DNA from: Cenococcum geophilum
Lineage: Eukaryota
Length of the DNA: 64,000 bases
NCBI GenBank assembly: GCA_050273025.1
Contig: CP158635.1
Coordinates: 19,344,001 to 19,408,000, forward strand
Direction: 5' to 3'
The notes under the pieces were generated by a model. That model was given only the letters and a program-made list of their open reading frames with translations, searched no databases and was not told where the DNA came from. This document shows positions 37,583 through 51,406 of this stretch, piece by piece. The position numbers and the translations under genes were made by a program. Every line of letters starts with the position of its first letter. The stretch's first letter is position 1.

Positions 37583-38236
37583 ATGTACAAGTTTATCAAA
37601 ACTGCTCTTTTGACTGCTGCTTTATGCTTCAGGTATTGATTTTTTTTTTTATATTCTGGACCACCCTTCCTACCATACAATACTGACCATCTCTACAGCT
37701 CAATGTCTGTTGCCCACAAGGAGTGTCCTTGTTTTACAGCAACATCCTATGTCTCGAGCGAAGACTGCTCTGCTTTTACCAAGGCTTGCGTCATACCCGA
37801 ATGCATCATTGAAAGGTTCGTCTTCAATTAAGTAATCGTACCCACTCACTAATCCTCCATTAGCATAACGACCATTCCTGGTCCAGCCAAGGCTTGCCCG
37901 ACGACTCCTACCATAACATCCCTCTTACCATGCAAAACTGCCTGCCAGATAGGCTGTGCTGTTTTTACCACAACAGCGACCGCATCCACCAGCTGTCTCT
38001 CTTCGAAAACCAGCTGCTACACTGAGACCCGTACGCTGAGCGATTACTGTCCTATCGCTACGCTGCAATGCGTGGAACCTGCTTGTATTGTGCTGTCCAC
38101 AAAAACTGTCCCACCAATCAATACCGCGTGCCCTACGACTCCCACAGTCACATCGTACGTGCCGTGCCAGACAACCTGCAACGAAGCATGCAAGACAGCG
38201 TACACCACAGTCACCGCGGCAGCTTATAAGGTTTAG
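37583..38236 (+). CDS. Small secreted Thr/Cys-rich protein 2 (179 aa, two tandem Cys domains; exons 37583-37632, 37699-37815, 37864-38236)
   Basis: MYKFIKTALLTAALCFSSMSVA|HKECPC signal peptide. GT-AG introns 37633-37698 and 37816-37863 with CTGAC/CTAAT branch sites; open frame to TAG; TATATAAG upstream at ~37470. Confidence 0.88.
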
Positions 38237-38883
38237 GGTTGCTCCGGTAAACTCGTCGAAGTTGATTTGCTCTTCGAATCAAGGACTCGCGAGAATCTAT
38301 GAAATGCGCTCTTTGAAGTCTGTGGGAGTGTCAACGAGTATGTCCCTTTTGCGGGATTAAAATTCCGCCAAGATATAATATGTTCAATACAGAAAATGAG
38401 ATAATATTTTCCTATTGGCCTGTTGTCCCTGATTTGTGGCTATTTTTTGACCTTAATTTTTCTGTTCAATGGGCTTACGCTTCAACTAGAAGTCTTTTCC
38501 TAGCGGCCACAGCAGCGTCGGTGTGTTCGGGACAACAGAATGCATCGTAAATGAAACGAGTCACATTTATGGCCAATACATAACCCATTACGGAATAAGT
38601 AATCTGATCCAAACACAAAAACCTCTGAACAGCTATCATTGGATATTTTAAGACGTCTTATTTAACCCCGCAGAGTTGCTCCGAGACATGCTGAGTAAAC
38701 AAGAGTCTGCATCTGCTAAATGCAATGTCTAGCCCTACAGGCATAGGATCGGCCACAGTAGCCCACAATTAGGGCTATTAGAGCCATAATTAGAGGGTCG
38801 AGATTGGCTCTCTACAGCCGATTTTATAGTGGTGGCTCTGATAGACCTTTCTTTGGTTTATGCGGAGATTTACCCCTCTTTTC

Positions 38884-39370
38884 CAGTGATCTATTTGGAT
38901 CGGAGTGGAGCGGATTTGAAGCCAGATCCACTCCATCCACTAAATATTCAATTTGAAGCCAGGAGCGCCACGGAGCTCCAGTGTAGTTATACTCTATTTA
39001 TAGTAAGTCTTAGCACAAATTTGGTGTAGTATTCAAGAGATAGGCGGCCTTTAAACGTACCAAAAAACATCGTTAAATAGGTTTATTAGATTCCTTATCT
39101 TCCCCTATAATATTATCGTCCTTAATAACTACTACCTTACCGTTAGACGTAGCCTTACTCTCAGCCTCTACCTTAACGCCTATAATCGCATTAAACTCCT
39201 TATTAAAGCCGGAACCCTAAGTATCCTTAGAAGCAGTAGGTGGTTAAGGTAGCTCTATAGCTTTATAAGCCGTAGAGGCTTATACGGGCGATATTATAGG
39301 ACAGTAATAGCAATAACTATATGATCACTAAAGCTGGTTATAATTTAATTTTATAGTTATATTAATTATC
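38884..39370 (+). mobile_element. Probable 5' end of a hAT DNA transposon
   Basis: CAGTGATC start followed by subterminal GGAGTGGAGCGGA / TCCACTCCATCC motifs, then RIP-type DNA. The link to the transposase at 51407 is inferred. Confidence 0.5.
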
Positions 39371-39440
39371 TATTTTAGTAGTTAGATTTTTAGTGTAGTA
39401 AAAAGCTTGATAGGACTTACCTAAATCTTTCTACCTAACT

Positions 39441-40398
39441 ATAAAGATGTCCATTTAAAGCGAAGTCACGCCTCCTCTAAACAGCAATATTAATATCTAT
39501 TACAATCAGCCTTTCGGCTTTTTACTTTAAAATAAGGCTTATTTAATAAAGAATTTGTTGTTTATTCGTCTTATAGCCTTAATAATACTATGCCGTACAG
39601 CGTTATGTTATTATCGCGATAAAACGTCTTACCCCTTAGAGGATCGTGAACAAGATTCGCGTCTTTCTACAGCTGTTAATAAGTAGTCTTTCCTAGCAAT
39701 TTTTCCTATAGGGTTTTTAACAGGTATTAAATTGACGCTTTCTAGCTTCCTTTCTTCTTCCTTTCTACTACGTCGTTGTTATTAATAGCCTTTAATATTA
39801 CCTAGAGATTCTAGGTTACTTAAACGGTCTATTAACGAAACCCTACGGGCGCAAAGAGACGATATATATTCCTACTTTTATATTAGTTGTTAGGTGTAGG
39901 CCTTATACCACTAGGTTCTAACGGTATGCGTTATTTAGGGTAATAAGTATATAATTATCTACCACTGCTTAAGGTAGTAGGGAACCCACTATGGAAGTAG
40001 GCTAAGGCGAGATTACCCTCTTCTTGAGCCTATACTCCCTAATATAATATAAATACATTATTTGGAATATATCTCTGCGAGCAAGTAAATAGATAAAGAT
40101 GTCTATTTAAAGCAAAGTTACGCCTTCTCTAAATAGTACTATTAATATCTATTACAATTAACCTTTCCGCTTTTTACTTTCCCACCCTCTACCCTATAGA
40201 TGGTTTTGCAGCCTTTTAGGCTTACGGTAGGCCTAAGGGGGGTAATAAGTGTATAATTATCTACTGCTGCTTAAGATAGTAGGGAACTTACTATGTAAGT
40301 AGGCTAAGGTAAGATTACTCTCTCCTTGGGCCTATACCTTCTAATATAATATAAATATATTATTTAGAATATATCTCTACGAGCGGGTAAATAGATAA
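39441..40398. repeat. Imperfect segmental duplication (A 39441-39528 = 40093-40180; B 39938-40096 = 40240-40398)
   Basis: Two directly repeated blocks of ~88 and ~159 bp, differing mostly by transitions. Confidence 0.85.
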
Positions 40399-42665
40399 GT
40401 TTATAATAGCTTTTTAGTATTAAGAAAGGCTCTTAAGCTTCTTTATATTTCTTATCTACTACCTATTACGGAGTAAATATAAGCGACGATAATATATAGC
40501 AAAGTAAATATTATTAAGCTATATATATAAACTATATAATAAGATTAGAACGTTATATAAAGAAAAAAGGTAGGAAAAACAGGAAGAAAGGGTATATATT
40601 ATAGACTTAGTTACTTAGTTAATATATACACAGAGCAGAATAGGGTTTAGGTAGTAGTCCTAGTAGAACTTAATAGAATATAGCAAAATGCGGTAGGTTC
40701 CCGTTAAATTACCGCAGATTGCTATTAGATTGCCGTCTTATAGTTAGTCTCTAGTTACTAAGTTAGTAGAAATAGGTAAATGTGTATAAGGTGTTACGGG
40801 GGTATCCTATAACAGTACCCCCCCTTTAAACTTAAGCTTTTATAAGATGGGGCTATAGTAGTTTTAAGTAGAGTTTATAAAAGTTTTTTACGGCTTATAT
40901 AAGTCCTATAAAGTTAACGGGTTCCTATAAGGGCTTAGTAAAGCCTTTCCATTTTATAAGATATATATATTAGCGTTTCCGTTTATTATACTTAATATTA
41001 TTAATTTTTTTAATAAAATACTTATTTTTACTATCTACTTTAACTAGTAGGGGAGGGTCTTATATCTATTTAGGCAGGGTATCTAATATAGGGGTAGTAG
41101 GGTAAAGGACTAACGTATAGAATATAGGGTGGATTTTAACCGTATTAGGGAGCTTTAGTTAGTAGATGTAAGAGGAAATAACCTTCTTAACTTTATAAGG
41201 GCTAGCGTTTTTCTAATTAGGTTTTTTAATGGGTTGTTTTATATTTAGCTAAATAAAGTTACTAATTTAGTAGGCTAGTATTAGGGTTTGTTTTTTATTC
41301 GCTACAGCTTTATAAATAGATTAGGCCTATATTATTTTATTAGTAAGAAACTGTTATAGTTCCTCTATCTTTTTTATAAAATTATTTACTTTTATAACTT
41401 ATAAGGTATAATAAGTAGGGCGAGGAACGTTACTAAAAGGTTTAAAACCCATTTATAGATACTAGCGATAGTTAACTAGAAATAGGGAGACCTTTATAGT
41501 TTCTAAAACGGAATTATTTATAGTAAACTTAGTAAATATAAGTTAGTTAATCTAGTTATTTTATAAATATAACGTATATATCCGGATATACTGTTCTATT
41601 ATAGCATTTATATGTTTTATTTAACCGTCTATTTTTAGGTAATATATAGTAAATAGTAATGCTTTAATATAGAGTTAGGTAGTTAGTTTTTTCTAAAATA
41701 TAAAGATAAACTGGCTATATTTATTAGAGATAATTATTTTAGGGAGTCTATAAAGTCTCTATATATAATCTAGAAATAGTTAGGCAATAGTAGGCGTTAA
41801 TATATTAGGGCAGGCGATTAAGTACTTTATCTTAAATAGTTGGTCTATAACTACTATAATATTTATACAGCCTTTACTTACAGAAAGGTTAATAATAAAG
41901 TTAATTAAGATATCCTTTTATCCTTAGTCCGGAATAGGTAGTAGCTTTAATAGGCTATTATATGTCTTATATAAAGTTTTAGATTATTAGCAAATATAGT
42001 AGCTAGAGACGTACCTTTATATTATATTATATATATTTAGCCAGTAGTACTCCTATTAGAGTAGCTTTAGGGGTTTTTTTTAGCCTAGGTAGCTAGCTAC
42101 TAGTAGATTATATATATGTTTAAGGAGCTTAAGATTAAGTTCGTCGTGGTTAGGTATAATTAAGCGGTTTTAATAGTATAAGCAGTTTCCGCGAGCTTTA
42201 TATTTACTTAAGAAAATCTTTTTTAAGCGTCTAATGCTATCTTATATTAGCTTAAGCATCTCTTAAATAAACTTATTATTTAGGTATTCGTTAATTATAA
42301 TCTATTTAATTAATTAATTAGTTATTTTAAGGATATACACTATAAGGTTTTTAGTAGGAGGGTTAAATAGTTTAGGATAAAGTAGGGTCTAATTTTAGTA
42401 AAAGCGCACTTTTTTTTAATACTGGCGCGTCTTATAAGCGTTAGGTTGGGGTATTAGGCTTTTAACCTTAGACGCCTAGGCAGTATATAATTAAGAATTA
42501 AAAACGTAATAGATATTCTAACTAGCGGGCCTAATAATAGCTTAGCTATTTTATAGTTATAAAGTACTATAGATTCTTATAGTTACTAAGGACCTTAATT
42601 AGAAATCCGGCGCCTTTTAGTTTAGGTTACTATTATTTAAAATATTTAATAATAGCTAGTAGCTC

Positions 42666-42847
42666 TGTCACGTAGGGGCCTCTATAGGAGAGCCCCGTGC
42701 TCTCGCGTATACCTCGCGTACAGCTTATGTCAGCTACGCGTAGGTATATCACCTCCTTACGCCCTTGACCCTTACGATCGATCGCGCAACGTCTTGTAGA
42801 CTCCTCGAATACATACGCTTTGTAGCCACTGCCCACGTCCCATGACA
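42666..42847 (+). repeat. Gypsy C 5' LTR
   Basis: TGTCAC...TGACA, matches 48826-49018. Confidence 0.95.
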
Positions 42848-45800
42848 TTACGTTGCGCCTTTTTTACCACTGACGCTTAGCCTATGACCAATTCTACGTC
42901 TCTGTAATACTGCAGGCGCTGCTAAAAGCAGCGTGTTTATAAATTACCTTACTTTATACTTCTAAGGAACCTATAATAGTAAGACGATATCCCTTACTAG
43001 CTACTATATTAAACCTAAAGAATAATCCAATACCTACACCTAACCTACAACGCCAATTAATCCCAAGAGAATTTAATTTATTAGCCCTAGCCTTAACCCC
43101 TAAGGAGACGGACACCAATAATGTCTTATTTTTTATTAACCACATAACTACGGACAAGTAAACGGAAGGGCTACTACCTATTAAAATCGAAATATAAGAC
43201 GCTGAGACGTTTGTAAAAATGGTAGCACGAGACCCTAATAAATACTACCGCCTTCTATAGAACTATTACCTAAAGCTTATATAAGCCGAGATGCATACTA
43301 CCTAAGATCGCGATATTATCTAAGACCTATAAGCTTATAAGGCGCTCGCCAATAACACACGTTAAGAAACTAAAGATAACCTCCGCGTGTCTAAACGCGA
43401 CGTCCAATAGTTAAAGAAGGCTGAGATTGCACTAATTGCTATAGTTACTAAAAGAGAAGGCACAATTAAATACCTACAATCTCAGCTTAATAAGCATATT
43501 TATAATAACGCTAGACACCTCTCTACTATATATAACGCCACCTAAGTCTCTACGCCCCCGGCAACTTTACCTACTTAACGCTTAATAGAGGGCCAGCGCT
43601 AAGCAGCTTTACCTAACAGGAACCCCTACTAAAGTAGTAATAATAAAAGCCATAATAATTGGACCTAAATTGCTATTATAGGGTCTAATACACGCTACCC
43701 TAATCCCTTAGTTTTTTAAGGAGACCGCAAGGAATATAGCTACTAAAAGATATAAATCCGTAAGAAACTAACTTAGAGCGCCTGCCTTTTTCCTACGGAA
43801 GATACTAAAATTAGCTATATTATTGGGCGAATAAAGGGTATACCGTTTAACAGACTCTTCGCCTAATAGGAGACTAGTAGCCCCTAAAAGTAGCAGTCCT
43901 ATTAAGAAGTCCTTAATAATCTTAACCTAATATACCACGACCACAACCTACTGGCCACTAACTGAGCTAAACTACGTGCCCTAAAGATAAGCCCTACCGA
44001 ATTATTCGACGAATTCTATATTAAATTCCAGGAATATACTAGAGCCCTCACCCGAGACGATACTAAAGACCAAAAGGACCTCCTTAAAAAAGTTACTTAT
44101 TGCCTTAGTTATACAGCCGCTAGCCATAACTATAATAATGTTTATAATATAGTAGCAGCTCTATAGAAGATTAAATAATAATTAAATTAGATTGCTACTA
44201 CTAACCCTTACCTAAAGACCTCCCTATAAAAGCCCCCCGGGCCTACTAAACCTATATATACTAAGCCACCGACGCCTACTACCTTAAGTACTACCGGAAC
44301 TAATATTAATTTCTCTATACTAACCTTTCTACAGAAACTCCTAAATAGAGAGTGTAAGCTACTCTAAAAACTAGGACGCTGCTATAGATGCTATTAAGAA
44401 GGCTGTTATTACGATAACCTAAACTGCCTAATAGCTAGGTTTAGTAGCCGCCGCCTAATACCTAACCTAATACCCCAAACACTAAATATGTTGCTATACG
44501 CTACTACTATATAAGACGAAGACGTAGTAATAGCGGTAGAGTTGGATACGGAAACGGAAAATGCTAAGTTCTAGCCCTAAGTTGCGGGTTAGGACGCCCT
44601 AACAACAGAGGGATCTATATATTGGCTTACTTAATAGATAACTCTATAAAGATAAATAGACGGAAATAGATAGTTTTACCTATAATAGGAACTACTGCTA
44701 AAAAATAATATAAAAGCCGTTCTATAATTAATTGCGGAGCTACTAATAAATTTATAGATACCTAATTTGTGCGTACTTATAACCTACTTACCTTACCCCT
44801 TACTAAAGCCCGCGCCCTATAACTCGCTAACGGTAATTATACCGCATAGAAGATTACCTATATAGCACAACTCCACCTAGACATAAATAGGCACTAGGAA
44901 GAACTCTAGGCCTATATAATACCACTTGCCAACTACCCTATTATCTTTAGAATAAACTAGCTTAAATAATATAACCCCGCCATTAACTAGAAGAAGAAAG
45001 AAGTAACCTTTAACTCTAAATACTATAGAGAGACTTGCCTAGGGCATGGCCTAGCCACCTCTATTTACTCCCCAGGATATTAACCTAAGGAACCCCTTAT
45101 TACCCTACCTACAACTAACTGCTACTATATAAGTGCCCCGGCCTTCTACCACATAGCATATAAAAAAGGCTAGACTGTTACTGCAGCTTTCTAATCACAA
45201 CTATATAAGCTTAATAAAGAACAGGACCACGTCCTTTATAGTAATAGGATAGATATAGTCGACCTTCTAGAAGACGAGGCCCCTACGGAACTCTACGGAC
45301 TTTTACCTTTAGACTTTAAGAAGTTTATAAAGCTTAAAAAAGGACTTACCAACGAAGAACTTTGTAAGCTCCTCCCTAAGAGGTACCATAACTTTACTAA
45401 TATGTGCTTATAAAAGAGCGTAGATATACTCCCCCTATATTAACCTAATAACTATACCATTAATATTAAATAAGGAAAAATGCTACCTTATAAGAGACCC
45501 TACCTAATATCAAAAAACGAGCTTCTAGTTGTAAAAAAGTATATCGACGAGCACCTTAATAAAGGATTTATTCGTCCTAGTATATCACTAGCAGCCGCCC
45601 CTATCCTTCTCGCTAAGAAGCTAGGAGGAGGTATTTGATTCTGCGTTGACTATAAAGGATTTAACGCTATTACGATTAAAAACCGATACCCAGTACCGCT
45701 TATACGTGAGACCCTTAAGCGGCTTAGTTAAGCTAAAATCTATACTAAGCTTGATATTATCGCCGCCTTTAACTATCTCTAAATACGGGAAGGTAATAAA

Positions 45801-48800
45801 TGGAAAACCGCATTCGCATTACGCTTTGGCTAATTTAAATATACTGTTATACCCTTTAGCATATATAACGGCCTAGGTACCTTCTAAAGCTATATTAATA
45901 ACGCCTTACGGGACTACCTTAATGACTTCTACTCTGCGTACCTAGACGACATACTTATTTATAGTAATAACTCCTCTAAGTATACTAAACACGTTTAAAA
46001 GGTCCTATAGCGCCTTAGGGACGTAGGACTTTATATTAATTTAAAGAAATGTAAATTCTTAGTTATAGAAGTAAAATACCTTAGACTAATTATTACCACT
46101 AAGGGTGTCTGTATGGACCCTAAAAAGGTACACATAATTACTAAATAGTAAGCCCCTAACTGCATTAAGGACGTACAAGCCTTCCTTAGTTTCGCTAAAT
46201 TCTATCGGAAATTCATATATAACTTCTCAGGCGTAGTAGCACCACTTATAGTAATAATGCGAACGAAGGGCCTTTCTGCAAAAGGAAGAAAAACGCACCT
46301 ACGCTTTACCTAGACGCCTAAATACGAGAAGGCGTTCCAAGACCTTAAAAATGCCTTTACTAAAGCACCTATCTTAGCTTACTTTATACTAGGATAATAA
46401 CTCTACCTTAAAACTAACTCCTCAGACCACATTAACGCAGGCGTCCTCTCCTAGATGGGCGACAACGGTCTCCTTTACCTAGTCGTATTCTACTCGTCTA
46501 AGCTTACACTATAAGAGTGTAACTATGAGATCTATAATAAAGAACTCCTTGCAATTATACAAGCGTTTAAAGAATTCTAACTAGAACTCTCCTTAGTAGA
46601 GCCCAACTAGCCAACTAAAGTCCTTATAGACCATTGCAATCTTAAGTACTTTATAACCACAAAGTAGCTAAACTAATGCTAAGCACGTTGGAATAAGTTT
46701 CTCTCTAGTTTTAACTTTAAAATTATATATAGACTAGGAGTATAAGGTACTAAACCTAATAGCCTAATACGCCGCTTATAAGACCTTCCTTAGTCTAAAG
46801 ATAACCCCTATAATTAGTTCTAACAACAGACAATCCTAAAAGCACAAAATTTGGCCCTAGGCATACTACCTACAATAAAGCCAACTGTACCCTAGCTTTA
46901 TACCACAGAACTAGAGTTACCTCCCAAAATTAACGAGCTTATTACTACGGCATATAACGCCTCTATTAACCTATTACTGCATTAACTTATTACCGCAAAG
47001 ACCGCTAGCGCCCATACGCTGCCTACTAACCTCTAAAGCTTAGGCCAGATTAATATAGCAGCCTTAGAAGTAAAAGAAAATAGGCTCTATTATAGAGGCC
47101 GCCTATTTATCCCCAACTTAGAAAATCTATAACGGCAACTAATCTAAATGGCCCACGACCTCTAATTAAGCGGCTACCTAGGTAAAGAAGGAACCTACAA
47201 GCTTCTTAGCTGATATTACTTCTAGCCAAAAATAATAGACTTAGTTAAACGCTTTATAGGTGCCTACTATAGTTATAAGCGCGCTAAGGCCTTTAATATA
47301 AAGTACTAAGGACTACTACACCCTCTACCAGTACCTATATAACGATGGGCAGATATCGCCATAGATTTCGTTATTAACCTACTACCCTACAAACGACACG
47401 GCCGTACCTATAAGAACATCCTTATAATAATATACCGACTTATAAAAGAGCGCCACTACGTCCTAACCGAAGGCGTAGCCGTTAGCGACGTTACTAACGC
47501 CTTTTTTCGCGAAGTTTACCGACTATATAGGCTACCTGACTCGATTACGTCCGACCAAGGCATATAATTTAACTCTAATATATAGAGATGAATCTACTAA
47601 CGCCTTGGCATCTCCGTTAAGATATCTATATCCTTCTACTATAAAACTGCTAGGTAACTAGAAAACGCTAATGCTAGTATAAAAGCGTACCTACGACAGG
47701 TAGTCGCCTATAGTTAAGATAACTGGGTAGATCACCTCCTACTAGGTAAATTCGCAGTAAATAACTACGTCTTAACTACTATAGGACTTACCCCGTTCTT
47801 TGCGAACAAGGGTTATTACCCCTAATCCGGCATAGAGCTACTAGAACCTATTAATAAGAAACTACTATATAGAAAACGCCTTAAGATGCTACTTACCAAC
47901 TAGCATATAAACTATATAAAAAATCTACTTAACTACTATAAGGGAGAAATGGCCTAGGCTTAAGTAAAGTAGGCCTACTTTGCTAACCGTTATAGAACGC
48001 CACTACCAGAGATGCGTGTTGGCGACTGGGTATAGCTAGATATACGCAATATCTCTACACAGAGGCCTATAAAGTCACTCGATTATAAGAACCTCGGCCC
48101 CTATCCGATTAAATAAGTTATTAATAGGGGAGCCGCATATAAGCTAGAACTCCCGCCTGCCCTAGCTACCTGTGGGATATAGCCCATATTTTACCTATGG
48201 CTACTATACCTCTATTAGCCTAACCCCTTACTAGGGCAAACACAGCCTAAACCCCTACTAGTACTAATCTAAGACGAGAACGAAGACAAAAACTATAAGG
48301 AGTGGACCGTTAAACGAATTATTAACTCTAAATACTTTAGCAAAGGTAGAGGACGACGGCTCTACTACAGAGCTATATACACAGGATTCGATATAGATTA
48401 GCCAGAATGGCAACTATAGGAAGACTTTAAAAATGTAAAGGATCTAATTAGCGACTTTTACTACGCGAACTTATAGAAACTAGGCTTAAGCAGAGACTTT
48501 ATACCTAATCCTTTATAGGAGCCCTTATAGAGTTAAACCGTTGTATATTACCACGTAAGGGTAAATTACCGTTAGATTGCCGTTAGATTGCGGTAAAGTG
48601 CGATTACGTAACTGGAATATCGTTAAGATGTCTAGGAACTTCGACCGGCGGTTAAAGTTATCTAATTAGTTAGATTTTTAGATACCAAGCCCTATTACAT
48701 AATATTGTTTTAAGCCTTCAGCGATACCCCCCTTTTTCTTCTTTTCTATACCTTAAGTGTCTCTTCTATATATATATAGTAACCACAGCGTCGCCGGAGC

Positions 48801-48825
48801 TCCGCCTCTATAAGAGGGGGGGTAG

Positions 48826-49018
48826 TGTTACGGAACCCTACCGCAGGGGCCTCTATAGGAGAGCCCCGTGCTCTTACGTATACCTCGCGTACAGCTTATA
48901 TCAGCTACGCGTAGGTATATCACCTCCTTACGCCCTCGACCCTTACGATCGATCGCGCAACGTCTTATAGACTCCTCGAATACATACGCTTTGTAGCCAC
49001 TACCTACGTCCCGTAACA
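48826..49018 (+). repeat. Gypsy C 3' LTR
   Basis: TGTTAC...TAACA following the PPT. Confidence 0.95.
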
Positions 49019-51119
49019 AGCTCCTTATCGTAGATCTTATAGTTATATTTAGCTAGGATTGGTTATTTTAAGAAGTATACTATAGGGTAAAATACTCCGT
49101 CCTTATTATATTAAGATAATATATCTCTAGTAACGTAGTTAGATAAATTAGCTTCTGTAATACTTATTTAGTTTAGGTTAAAGTATTAGAGTATAGGCGC
49201 GGTAGTAAATATAACCTTTAGGTAAGTAAAGGCCTTTTTATATTCCTTATTAAAGATAAAAGCTTAATTTTTTTATATATTAGAGCTATAAGGAGTAAAA
49301 CTAGGGCGGAGAAGTTATTAATAAACCATTAGTAAAAGTTGGCAAATCCTATAAAGGCTCTTATATCCTTAACGTTTTTAGGTTTTTACTAGTTTATAAT
49401 TACTTCGACTTTCTTTAGATCTATTTATATACTATTTATAGAAATAAGGAGTTTAAGGTATAGGACTTCTGTTTTATAAAACCTATATTTATCTATATCT
49501 AATTATAGACTAGCTTTATATAGGGCTTATAAATTAAAGTAAACATATTTCCGACATTTAGTTAGGTTATTACTATATATTAGGATATCGTTAATATAAG
49601 TAGTATAGAAGATGTCTAGGTAGGGATATAAGTTATTATTTATATAATATTAAAATAAGCTTAGGGTATTTACGAGGCCGAATAGCGTTATTAAGTATTT
49701 AAATAATCTATAATAAGTACAAAATGCAGTAAGCTATTTATCTTCTTTTATAATATAGAGGCGGTTAAACGTAAAGATAATATTAAGCTTTATATAGTAG
49801 CGAGCCTTACTTAGTTAGTTTAGCGTTTTCTATATTAACGGGATTGGATATTAGTTCTTAACAGTAACGGTGTTAAGAGCTTAGTAGTTTATATAGAAGT
49901 GTAGACCGCCACTAGGTTTCTTAATAAAAATTACTAGTACGGCTATAAGCGGTAAGCTTGATCTAATAAATCCTTTACTTAGGTTCTTGTCTAAATACTT
50001 TTATAGTACTTAGAGTTTATTTTAAAATATCCTATATAAGGGTCTAAATCTAGGCTGCTTTCCTTCTTTAAGTATAATCTTATAGTTATACGGTCGGTAT
50101 TCTAGTAGCTTATTAGCTTCCTTTTATAAGAATATATCTAGGCGGTAATAATATTCTACGAGTACCTTCGTGGTAGGGTTAGTGTGCTTCTTTAATGCTA
50201 AGGCCTTTTTAATATTGGCTATCGTAATAGTAAAAATCGTATATTTGGGTTTTTTTAGTAAGTTACGCTAGCGGGGTAGCTATAATTATGCGGATATCTA
50301 GGGTGTTAAGCTTTTTTAGGTCGTTTATAGTTTTTTATATAGATTCTTGTTTGGCTTTAGGTTTAGTATTAAGTACGAAGTTAGTGTTAGATTTAGGTTT
50401 AAGTTATTTAAGTATACTTTTTATAGTAGAGTACTAGTCCTTCTAGTATTTTTATGTGGTAAGCTTAAGCTTTTACTTAGGATGGGGTAGTGTAGTACTT
50501 AGAGTTCATTTGTGAGGTTTAGTAGAATTTTTAGATCCTTAATAGATATTGGTAAAAGTCTTATATTAGTGGAATTTAGTAAAATTCTTAGGCTAGTGGA
50601 ATTGGGTAGACTTCTTAGATATAGGGTAAACGTTAGTAAAATTTTTAGATTTTAGTTTAGGGTCTAGGCAGCGAGTTATAAGGCACTTCTACTTATAATG
50701 GGAGGCGGTAAATAGAAGCTTAAGGTTGTTCTAATTAATAGTTACCTTATATAGCTTTATTTAGGGTTGTTTAAGAATTACTAAGTAACTTAGAGTAGTA
50801 ATAAAAAGCCTAATTAGTTCTTTATGGTTTAGGTATTAGAGTCTTAGGTATACTATATATATAATTTAGCCTAAGACTATACGTTTACTATTAAATTTAA
50901 ATATATTAATATACTAGTTAAGGGGGGTTAAGGTAAAATTATTATCTTACGCGAAGATCTTATTAATAAATCCTATACCACTAGCTCCTATATTAATTAG
51001 AACTTAAGTATTAGCCTATTAATTATTCTACTAAAGATAATAGTTATCGGTTATACTATAATTTTAAGAGCTAGAGTTAATGATATTTAAAGCATTTAAT
51101 AAAAATTTAAGGTGAGAGC

Positions 51120-51406
51120 TATTACAGCGCTAGTGGAAACCAATGGATATTAGTAGATTATAGTAGATTATAGCTAATAGATATTGGTGGATTATAGCGG
51201 ATAGTTATAGATAGTCGCAGACAGTTTTATATAGTTTTAAATAATTGCCGTTACGTAACTAGGGGATTATATATAACGTTAAGCGGTACTACCCTCTATC
51301 TTCTTTTCTTTCTCTAGCTTTAGATTCTTATTTATAGACTACTAATCGTATAGGCTTACGCGTCCCTCTTGCCGTGCTTATGCCTTAATTAACTAAGTTG
51401 CTAATA
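51120..51406 (+). repeat. Isolated LTR related to the Gypsy D LTR
   Basis: Its 3' ~165 bp align to the reverse complement of 56071-56235. Flanks AGAGC / TTATC do not match, so it is probably a recombination or deletion junction. Confidence 0.8.

Larger units (their letters stand above)
42666..49018 (+). mobile_element. Complete Ty3/Gypsy element C nested in the RNase H of element B
   Basis: LTRs 42666-42847 and 48826-49018; TSD AGCTC on both sides; gag with CYRC knuckle, INCGA protease, AYLDDILIY RT, GPYP, chromodomain; PPT AAGAGGGGGGGTAG. Confidence 0.95.
40464..51119 (-). mobile_element. Ty3/Gypsy element B, 5'-truncated, split by element C
   Basis: Minus strand: protease LINIGASGIGFIN (~51000), RT (49.5-50.1 kb), RNase H YKIYDKEL|LAIIKYF split by C, integrase, chromodomain KWKGFTKP, PPT (40815-40828), 3' LTR ~40464-40814 (left LTR limit approximate). 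Confidence 0.85.

Noticed and set aside
38740..38830. Cluster of short inverted repeats
   Set aside because: Stems of 6-7 bp only; not distinguishable from chance without a copy-number search.
42633..42848. Duplicated small minus-strand ORFs (also 48828-49019)
   Set aside because: They coincide with the Gypsy C LTRs; no coding evidence.
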